A DNA stretch of 64,000 nt from an uncultured cyanobacterium. Lineage in GTDB: Bacteria; Cyanobacteriota; Cyanobacteriia; Cyanobacteriales; CAWUOF01. A program made the translations under genes and the position numbers. Below the pieces are notes generated by a model, which did no database searches, was not told the origin of the DNA, and saw only the letters and a list, made by a program, of their open reading frames with translations. The stretch is from contig CAVUSO010000001.1 of assembly GCA_963744145.1 (NCBI GenBank), positions 64,001-128,000 of the forward strand, read 5' to 3'. The first letter of the stretch is position 1. Every line of letters starts with the position of its first letter. Shown in pieces: positions 29,211 to 37,429 of the stretch.

Positions 29211-29576
29211 GGCAATTGCCGCGCTGGCGATCGCTCAAACTGACCAAATTTCTGGTTTAATCAAGCCATCGGAGCGATCGCCAAATCCCGGTTAGTGGCC
29301 AAAGTGAATTAATCAGTCAGGCCCAAGCCGTCCGACAATTTAACGTCTAACAGTTTCCATGTCACTAACAACTCACCCATCCGATGCTCAAATATTCAAT
29401 GCGTCTACTCATTCACTATCTTAAATTCTCGGACGTTCCCATTCCAAATTCAATGAATCATTGTTAATGAGTAGTATTCCTCATAAGAAAACACGCTTAT
29501 CATACCTCAATTCAGCAACGCCAAAATTTCTTTAGTTTCTATTATTTGTAATTAGTTTGGCTGTCTTGGTTGTCTC

Positions 29577-29601
29577 CCTCACCATAATGGTGAGGTTTTT
29601 T
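29577..29601 (+). terminator. Rho-independent terminator-like hairpin
   Basis: CCTCACCA-TAA-TGGTGAGG followed by TTTTTT. Confidence 0.55.
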
Positions 29602-29611
29602 GCTCGAATCT

Positions 29612-31373
29612 TTGACACTCCCCGGTCTAAAGACACGGGGGATTCTTAAGACATTGCTGCCTTAATATCCCTATTGCTAGGGTTCCCAGACTCACTACGT
29701 TTGCTCAAGCGAGCGTGGTGATATCTTCTGGGCGTTTTGGTGACTAGCACCTGGTTTCGCAGAGTCCCCACGTACCATTTCTAATGCTCTATCTCTAATG
29801 GTTTTTGCAGCCCCAATATCGGCGTGTTCATGATAGCCACATTCAACACAAATGAACTTCTCACCGTCTCGATTTGACTTATCAACATGACCACAATTTC
29901 TGCATTCTTGGCTAGAATGTTTAGGATTAATTTTAATTACGACTTTTCCTTGCTTTGCAGCGAGATACTCAATCTTTAAAATTAATTCACCCCAGCTTGC
30001 ATCAGAGATAGAACGATTTAATCCTTTTTTTCTTGATTGTCCATTCTTAAGAAACCTTCCTGTTTTCTCATCAACTTTTACTTTGCACCGTCGTAGCATT
30101 CCGGAAATGTTTAAATCTTCAACTGCGATCGCGTCTACCTTACGGGATGCAATTTTATCAGCTACTTTCCACTGATAAGCTTGACGTTTATTAGTAATCT
30201 TTTGGTGAAAACGACCAACTCGGATAGCTGCTTTTTTACGATTTTTACTGCCTTTAACTTTACGGTTAATCCGGCGCTGTCTAATTTTCAGGATACGTCT
30301 AGCTTTTTTATTGGTTGAAAACTTAGGATTTTCTATTTGATATCCATCAGAGAGATGAACTAGCTTAGTAATTCCTAAATCACACCCAATTACTTGTACG
30401 GGCGTATTGCAATACGCCCCTACCTGATTCAGAGGTTTAGCGATATAATCAGGTACTTCCTTATCTTCTATTCTGACAGAAATATACCAACCATCTTGAC
30501 GTTTTCTAACGGTACAAGATTTGATAGTAAACCCATCAGGTATTGGGCGGGAATTGTGAAACCTCATCCACCCTATTTTTGGGAGGTAGATTTTATTACC
30601 TTTAATCTTGATCCCCGCTGCATAGGTAAAAGAAGTAAAATTACTGCGGTTCTTGAACTTAGGAAACCCTCTACCTTCAAAAAAGTTCTTGTAAGCATTA
30701 TCTAGTCTTTTGATATTTTGCTGTAGAACAGTTGAGTCTATAGCAGCATACCAAGGTCTAGCTTTTTTTAATTCCGGTAATGCTGTAATTTGAATATCGC
30801 CAGCACTTCGACGTGGATTTTTGGGACTTGTGTTGAGCGTAGCCGAAACATTGCCATCTTTATCAAACAGCGAATCTTTCCAAGGATTGCCAGTTGCACC
30901 ATTTTTGCTAACACAACAAGTTAATGGGCAGGCGACCGCCCTTGTCCTAATATCGCAGTAATCGCCTTGGATGAATTGCTGATTATATTGGGTGTTTCTA
31001 TCATTTAAACACCAATTGTAATGACTTCTAAGCATATTCACCCAATTAAACATTTGCGAGTCTTGAGTTTGATTAGGGCACAACTTATAAACGTAGTTAG
31101 TTAGCAAACTAGAATCACCACCTTGTTGATTGAAACTATGTCTTTAGTATAGAATATGTCTAGATACTAAGTCAAGCATAAGTTCTCAATTTAGCTAAAA
31201 AATTTTCTACTAATTTAGCCAATATAAAACTACTTTAAAGCTACATCGGTTAAGATATACTGAGAAAGTCAAGCAGAACATTTTTAGGTGAAAAAAATAC
31301 TTCACGGCAGGATAAATCCTGCAATTTGTTTTCATCCCCGGTTTAAAAGCCGGGGTTTTCAACTCCGATCCTT
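29612..31373 (-). mobile_element. Non-autonomous IS200/IS605-family element (tnpB only)
   Basis: Minus-strand left end TTAT|AAGGATCGGAGTTGAAAA-CCCCGG..CCGGGG hairpin. Right end GAAT-CCCC..GGGG hairpin-AGTG-TCAA. No intact tnpA. Confidence 0.8.
29695..31107 (-). CDS. tnpB: RNA-guided endonuclease TnpB
   Basis: GFPKFK, GCDLG (RuvC-I), AVEDL (RuvC-II), CxxC..CxxC zinc finger, HADIGAA (RuvC-III). Confidence 0.92.
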   Translation of the reverse strand: MLTNYVYKLCPNQTQDSQMFNWVNMLRSHYNWCLNDRNTQYNQQFIQGDYCDIRTRAVACPLTCCVSKNGATGNPWKDSLFDKDGNVSATLNTSPKNPRRSAGDIQITALPELKKARPWYAAIDSTVLQQNIKRLDNAYKNFFEGRGFPKFKNRSNFTSFTYAAGIKIKGNKIYLPKIGWMRFHNSRPIPDGFTIKSCTVRKRQDGWYISVRIEDKEVPDYIAKPLNQVGAYCNTPVQVIGCDLGITKLVHLSDGYQIENPKFSTNKKARRILKIRQRRINRKVKGSKNRKKAAIRVGRFHQKITNKRQAYQWKVADKIASRKVDAIAVEDLNISGMLRRCKVKVDEKTGRFLKNGQSRKKGLNRSISDASWGELILKIEYLAAKQGKVVIKINPKHSSQECRNCGHVDKSNRDGEKFICVECGYHEHADIGAAKTIRDRALEMVRGDSAKPGASHQNAQKISPRSLEQT

Positions 31374-31430
31374 ATAAGTATTATCAATACTCTATCTTGT
31401 TACATAAATTTTATGATCATCTCCGATCAG

Positions 31431-34094
31431 CTACAATTTTTCTGTTAAATGATGATCAGTAGTAAGGTTACACTCATTTGGCTTTAACCAAAAATTTGAA
31501 TATTCCAGATTAGCTGTATTGGTAACAAGTATTGTTTTCCCTTGCTCATTAATCACCCAATTAGTAGCTTCTAGAATTGGAAATTGTGATTTTCCCAGCA
31601 TTGATGGTACATTTATTAACCCTACTTTTCTGTGGGGAATTTCTGCTCCTAGATCCGCGATTCCGGTGGAACTGGTGAGAGATTCTAATGGACTAGATCC
31701 TAAACCACCTTTCCCAGTAATGTAGAATTTATCTTGTGTTCTATTAGAACATGATCGGGAAATTAAACGAGATATATCAACTACCTGAGTTGATAAAGCA
31801 AATAAACCCTTAACTGTGTCAGTATCAGGAGAATTAATTTTTATATCCCCATTAACACCAAATTCAGAACTAGCAGTAATTTCACTATTTGGAGCCAGAA
31901 AATTTCCTTGGGTGTTGATAAAAATATTACCACCTCTCCCTTTGATGGCGTTAGCGGTGATATTGCTATTTTCTAATAAAGCTAAAGTATCTGTATTAAT
32001 GGTTATATTACCGCCATTTGCATTAACAGCAGCGTCCGTAGTAATCAGACTACCATGCCGCAAGAGAATATTTTGAGATAAAAGATTAATATTACTTCTA
32101 TTACCCGCAGTAGTTGCTGCATTAAGAAGACTGTTATGATCTAAAAAAATATAATTAGCTTGAATTTGTAGATTACCTGCTGCTCCCCTACCAGAAACAA
32201 ACCTATTACTAAGATCAAAGGTACTCACATTAATTGTGGCACCATTGTTAACAGTTAATTTCCCAGTAGTAATTGTAATATTGCCCCCATTACCAACTCC
32301 CTGAAAAGCATTAGAAGATAAACCTCCTTTACTAGACCCATTTATTATAGTACCGCTCACATCTACTTGATCAGTAGCTAGTATTGTCAAATTTCCTGCA
32401 TCTCCTGCACCCAAAGTGCTAGTTGTAATCACCCCTCCATCTTTAACAGTTAAACTTGGGGTATCAATCATTAAATTACCTGCTTTTCCCGTACCTTGTT
32501 GGGTTTGAATTGCTAAACTGCTAGGTCTACCACTCATTGATATACCAATTACTTCTACTTGATCTGTTGCTTGGATTGTTAAGTCACCACCATTTCCTGC
32601 ACCAAAAGTACCAGCATCTATTGTTGCTCCGTTTTGAATGGTTATATCTGGGGTTTTAATAGTTAAATTCCCAGCTTTTCCTGTACCTCCAGTATTACCA
32701 GTAAACAAGGTACTGGGGATCGTACCATCTGCTGATTGACCAATTAATTCTACTGCATTTGTTGCGTTGATGATCACATTGCCACCATCTCCGACATCAG
32801 AACTAGAAGTTCCTATCCTTCCTCCATTACTGATGGTTAAATTTGCAGTTTCAATCGTCAAATTACCACCTTTCCCGCTACTCCCTGCTTTACTATCAGC
32901 AAAGAAACCACTTGCAATCATTCCATTGAGCGGATTGCCGATTACTTGGATATCATTTGCTTGTACATTTATAGAACCGCTATTACCAATACCGAAGGTA
33001 TTAGCAGTTATTCTTCCCCCCTCATTGAGAATTAGGTTTTGAGTGTCAATGGTTATATTTGTTCCGTTTCCTGTCGCGTTCGGTAATACATCGCTAAACA
33101 AGCCACTGGGCACAAATTCGTTCTGAGCTATACCTCCTATTTGTACTGTATCTGTAGCGTGTACAGTTAAGTTTCCTCCCTGATTGTTACCTGTTGTATC
33201 TGTAATAATTGCTGAAGTATCTGCGAGACTGAAATTTTTTGCTTGGATCTGTATATTTCCACCACCAATACCACTAACATCAGCAGAAGCTGCGGCAGAA
33301 AAACTGATATTTTGGAAATTTTGCACTCCTGAATATCCCAACTGCCACCCCGAATTAATTGGTGTTAAAGTTACATAACTTCCACTTCCAACACTTCCTA
33401 ACTCTATGCGTCCTGTTTCAGCGGTAAGATTCCCTCCAATTAAAGATATATCTCCACCTACGAGCGCTAAAGTCTGACCAGAAGGTACTTGTAAGCCAAC
33501 ATTCCGGTTATTTCTATCAATGATTTCTGTTGGCGGCATATAATGTAGGTTATTACCCGGACCTTGAACAATAATTTGACCAGGATTTATGCCAAATTGT
33601 AATCCAATTGGCACATTAATTGTTAATAATACCCCTGGACTAGTAGGATTAGTGGTACTAAATTCTGTACCATCGTTAAACTTAATACTACTAGCAGTAG
33701 TGCCGATGAATGAACCATTAATGTTTAGTTTAGCATTGGCACCAAAGGTAATTCCGTTTGGATTAATTAAAAATAGATTAGCTGTGCCATTTGCTTTAAT
33801 AATCCCATCTATATTAGAAATTGAGCTACCAGTTACGCGAGTGAAAATATTCTGTATATCAGTTGGATTATTAAAAAATGCCTTGCTACCAGTTGGTAGA
33901 GAAAATTGAGTAAAGCTATGAAAAAGATTACTACCTGTTCTCGTTCCTCCTGAAATTAAATTAGTATTACCATTAGGTGTAACTAGAGAATTTATAGGAA
34001 GACTAACATCAGGAATTATTTGAGCTTGTGCTTCTGCTATTGACAAGGAAAAAACTAAAGGGAATAAGAAAATATAACTGCTGTATAGTCTCAT
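31431..34094 (-). CDS. Filamentous haemagglutinin N-terminal (TPS) domain protein
   Basis: AQIIPD, NLFHSF, NIFTRVTG, NLFLINPNGITFG; GNAGNLTI repeats; C-terminal ITGKGGL...EATNWV. Confidence 0.92.
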   Translation of the reverse strand: MRLYSSYIFLFPLVFSLSIAEAQAQIIPDVSLPINSLVTPNGNTNLISGGTRTGSNLFHSFTQFSLPTGSKAFFNNPTDIQNIFTRVTGSSISNIDGIIKANGTANLFLINPNGITFGANAKLNINGSFIGTTASSIKFNDGTEFSTTNPTSPGVLLTINVPIGLQFGINPGQIIVQGPGNNLHYMPPTEIIDRNNRNVGLQVPSGQTLALVGGDISLIGGNLTAETGRIELGSVGSGSYVTLTPINSGWQLGYSGVQNFQNISFSAAASADVSGIGGGNIQIQAKNFSLADTSAIITDTTGNNQGGNLTVHATDTVQIGGIAQNEFVPSGLFSDVLPNATGNGTNITIDTQNLILNEGGRITANTFGIGNSGSINVQANDIQVIGNPLNGMIASGFFADSKAGSSGKGGNLTIETANLTISNGGRIGTSSSDVGDGGNVIINATNAVELIGQSADGTIPSTLFTGNTGGTGKAGNLTIKTPDITIQNGATIDAGTFGAGNGGDLTIQATDQVEVIGISMSGRPSSLAIQTQQGTGKAGNLMIDTPSLTVKDGGVITTSTLGAGDAGNLTILATDQVDVSGTIINGSSKGGLSSNAFQGVGNGGNITITTGKLTVNNGATINVSTFDLSNRFVSGRGAAGNLQIQANYIFLDHNSLLNAATTAGNRSNINLLSQNILLRHGSLITTDAAVNANGGNITINTDTLALLENSNITANAIKGRGGNIFINTQGNFLAPNSEITASSEFGVNGDIKINSPDTDTVKGLFALSTQVVDISRLISRSCSNRTQDKFYITGKGGLGSSPLESLTSSTGIADLGAEIPHRKVGLINVPSMLGKSQFPILEATNWVINEQGKTILVTNTANLEYSNFWLKPNECNLTTDHHLTEKL

Positions 34095-34364
34095 TGTCCT
34101 ATTTCTGTCCTACTCTATTTTTTTACTTTACAATATCTATTTCTATTTAGCCATAATATGGCCCAAATAATCTGATTGAGCAAAAATAAAAATGAGATTT
34201 ATTCTCAAAGTTAAAGTAGAATAAAAATCATCCACAAAAATTAGTAAACTTTGACCCAAATAGAAGGAGAGAACTCATGTTTAAACCAAACAAGCGATCA
34301 GACGCATAGTAATATTAAAACGATCGGATCACCTCTAATCGCCGAATAAGTGGACAAATGTGGA

Positions 34365-35639
34365 TTATGCGGCATAATTGTATCCATCGACCCGGTGAAC
34401 TATTTGGCAATATTTAGCTCTGACTGGACTAACCTTGCCCTTTACCGTCACCATTTCAAACACACCTGTGGCACGAACAGTTAAGCGTCCAATATGTGTC
34501 CCTGCGAATTTTCCTTTTGGCAGAGTAGCGCGGACTATATCCCCAGTTTGAAACCCAAAAAAAGCTTTCTGTCTAGTCCGATGTCTGATCGGAAAACCAT
34601 ATTGGTTGGTAGTAGACATTTGGCGTGTTCCCCATCCCTTAGCCGTAATCAGTAATGGCTTAGTAGTTTTTAAGACTAATTTCTCAACTACTCCTACACA
34701 AGCTGCATCAAGATAGTGACGTTTTTCAATGCCTAATTTGACCCGATTGAATTTAGTTCTACCACCAGTCCCCACCTCAACAGCTAGCCCGGTTTCTTGT
34801 AACCGATGATATAATTCCCATCGGGTTGAATTAATAGCCGCAGCGTCTTTTAATGGTACTTTGGCTTGAGCTAAAACCCGTCTCAAAACATCTGGTTTAT
34901 TGTGGAGAAATTTCTCAATCGGCTCATTACCTTTTTTCTGATTACAAGTATGACAAGCTAGGGTAAGATTGCTAACTCTATCTGTCCCACCTTGACTTTT
35001 AGCTAAGATATGTTCAATCTCTAGGGGCGTATTTTCTGCTCCACAGTACACACATTTTCTGCCCCATTTTGCTAGTAAATATTCCTTGACTTCAAAACCT
35101 GCTAATTCACCTCTTTGATATTCGGTGCCACTGATTTCCGGAGTTACCAAAGCTTGGGTGTCAAACCGTACTAATTCTTGAGAAATGCCTGTAATTGGCG
35201 CAAATTTCCTGAGTCTGTTTACCCAAGTTAGAGTAGTTTGGACTCGGTGTTCAAGACTAGGTGCTAACCAACATTTAGGACGAGTTCTATTCAAAAACCG
35301 TGGTTGGCGATAACGAGTCTTACGATTTCTTCTACCGCGACGTAGTGATCGCCGAGACTCAAGATTAGCTTTAATTGCGTGACCACGGTGAGTCAATTCA
35401 GCACCCCAAATAACCGCGGCATTAGATACTAATGCCAGACCAGTTATTTGAGAACCTGGATCTATTTTTAACTGCATCGGTTTTGTTACTTGTGTTGATG
35501 CAGTTTTTAAGATGATCGTAAACGGAAACCGACGAAAAACAGCAGCTTGCCCCTGATTCAACAACAATCGAGCTTGCGCTGGATGAACAGGATTAATAGG
35601 GCGCTTGTTGGTGTCGATTACAAACACAAAATTAGACAT
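34365..35639 (-). CDS. iscB: IscB RNA-guided endonuclease (RRXRR + HNH)
   Basis: VFVID..KRPINP (PLMP-like), IDPGS (RuvC-I), RRSLRRGRRNRKTRYR bridge helix, ELVRFD, HNH EHI...GG.DRVSNL..AC..CN, HYLDAAC. Confidence 0.93.
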   Translation of the reverse strand: MSNFVFVIDTNKRPINPVHPAQARLLLNQGQAAVFRRFPFTIILKTASTQVTKPMQLKIDPGSQITGLALVSNAAVIWGAELTHRGHAIKANLESRRSLRRGRRNRKTRYRQPRFLNRTRPKCWLAPSLEHRVQTTLTWVNRLRKFAPITGISQELVRFDTQALVTPEISGTEYQRGELAGFEVKEYLLAKWGRKCVYCGAENTPLEIEHILAKSQGGTDRVSNLTLACHTCNQKKGNEPIEKFLHNKPDVLRRVLAQAKVPLKDAAAINSTRWELYHRLQETGLAVEVGTGGRTKFNRVKLGIEKRHYLDAACVGVVEKLVLKTTKPLLITAKGWGTRQMSTTNQYGFPIRHRTRQKAFFGFQTGDIVRATLPKGKFAGTHIGRLTVRATGVFEMVTVKGKVSPVRAKYCQIVHRVDGYNYAA

Positions 35640-35644
35640 AATTA

Positions 35645-35865
35645 AAACTCTGATTGCTCAGGTAATTGTTTCCTCGTCAATGTTACTTAGGCTTGTTCGG
35701 TTCAGTTCACTTCCTTAGCTAAATAGAGATGTTTAAAACTCAACGGCAGAGCTACAAGCTGGAAAGCACTCGCAGGTGCCATGACCCAAGTAACGTAGCA
35801 GGGGTGTATTGCTATACGCCTCTACATAGACTGGCCATCTCTACACTTGATGTACTGGTTGTCCA
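35645..35865 (-). ncRNA. omegaRNA / HEARO-like RNA upstream of iscB
   Basis: Minus strand carries CCAGTCTA..CTACGTT..GTCATGGCACC..TGC..CCAG..GCTCTG..TTAAACA..AACATTGACGAGG..TTAC, the block order typical of IscB-associated RNAs. Boundaries are approximate. Confidence 0.75.
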
Positions 35866-35974
35866 GATATGTCCAGTGTTTAGCGGATAGCCCAAACGTA
35901 CCTTAATATTTTGCGTCAACCTCGCAGTGCTTGGACATGGAAAGTAGAATTGTGCCCACTCAAATCGGATTACT

Positions 35975-37312
35975 CTAGGAACTAGAAGTAATAGAAGATG
36001 GAGCAGAAACTAATCTAGCTTGACACAATTCTAGATAAAGATTGGCAACTGTATCTTCGGGATTAATCTCGACAATTTTTTGGAAATTGTTTAATGATGT
36101 AGCAAAATTACCTTGTTTCCATTCTTGAATTGCTAGAGCAAAAATAGCTTGATATTCCAGTTTATTTTCATCCAGAATATCTTTTGCTATACCTAATATC
36201 TCACATAAATCTATTGCTTGTAATTTACCACGAGGAGTAACTTGATCGATCCATCTCCAGTGAAGTTGGGTGGGTTGCTTGAGCTGATTAATTACTGCTT
36301 GACTAGCAATAATTGGAGTAGAGTAAACTTTAGTTAATTCTTGTAAACGTGCCGCTGTATTGACGACATCACCAATTACAGTTGAATCCATCCTGTGAGC
36401 AGAACCGAGCGTCCCAATCACCCCCATCCCAGTATGAATTCCAATTCCAATTCTAATCGGTTCGATTAGATGATAGCGATCGCGATTTTGATTAAATTTA
36501 CTCAAACTTTTTTGCATTAATATTGACGCCAATAAAGCATCTTCACTATGATAGTGAGGACGTAGAAAAACTGCAATGAGTGCATCGCCAAGAAATTTAT
36601 CAATAAAACCATGACAAGAAGTAATTACTTCTCCCATCTGGGTAAAAAAAGCATTCAACCAACTAAAAGTTTCTTTAGCAGTTTGGGATTCAGATATAGT
36701 AGTAAATCCCCGAATATCGGCAAATAAAACTGTAATTTCTTCTTCTGTTACATTGCCAAGTTGAATCGATTCAACTCCTTTCGGTGCAATTCGTTCTAGA
36801 AATTCTTCTGGTACAAACAATCGAAATTTTTCGGAAAGATTTTCATTAATTTTCCATGCTGCTTCTAATTGACGGTTAGTCCGTTCATCTGCTCTAGCTC
36901 TAGCTTGAATTTGACTAACTTGCGATCGCATTTTACTTAACCGCAGCACATTAGCAATTTTACTTAATAGTAGACTACTTTTGATCGGCTTAGTAAAATA
37001 ATCATCTCCCATCATTTCTAATCCTTTGAGCCGGGATTGATCATCATCTAAAGCAGTTAAAAAAATTATCGGTACAGTTTGAAGATCGGGATCGGCTCGA
37101 AAATTTTTACATACCTCAAACCCATCCATTTCGGGCATCATTACATCCAGCAAAATTAAATCAGGATGACAAGAATTTGCGAGGGTCAAGGCTGACTGAC
37201 CCGATTCAGCGGCAAAAGTTTCGTATCCTTCCGACTGTAATAACTCTTCAAGTAAATATAAATTACTAGGCTCGTCATCAACTAGCAATATGCGATCAGG
37301 TTCGTTTAACAT
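35975..37312 (-). CDS. Response regulator fused to a class III adenylate/guanylate cyclase, with a TPR-like tail
   Basis: ILLVDD..LLDVMMP; FADIRGFT, DKFLGD, TVIGDVVNTAARL. Confidence 0.92.
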   Translation of the reverse strand: MLNEPDRILLVDDEPSNLYLLEELLQSEGYETFAAESGQSALTLANSCHPDLILLDVMMPEMDGFEVCKNFRADPDLQTVPIIFLTALDDDQSRLKGLEMMGDDYFTKPIKSSLLLSKIANVLRLSKMRSQVSQIQARARADERTNRQLEAAWKINENLSEKFRLFVPEEFLERIAPKGVESIQLGNVTEEEITVLFADIRGFTTISESQTAKETFSWLNAFFTQMGEVITSCHGFIDKFLGDALIAVFLRPHYHSEDALLASILMQKSLSKFNQNRDRYHLIEPIRIGIGIHTGMGVIGTLGSAHRMDSTVIGDVVNTAARLQELTKVYSTPIIASQAVINQLKQPTQLHWRWIDQVTPRGKLQAIDLCEILGIAKDILDENKLEYQAIFALAIQEWKQGNFATSLNNFQKIVEINPEDTVANLYLELCQARLVSAPSSITSSS

Positions 37313-37429
37313 ATCCTTAATTTATTAATCATTGGGATTGTGATAGCGCTCAAACCCAGAAAATATTTTAATTCTTTTGCCATGAAGGAAATGCACCTGA
37401 TTGCCCAAGCCCACTCAATGCAAGTTTAA

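Noticed and set aside
31180-31330. tnpA within the TnpB element
   Set aside because: No HUH-containing ORF; at most a faint VKIY*ESQ trace.
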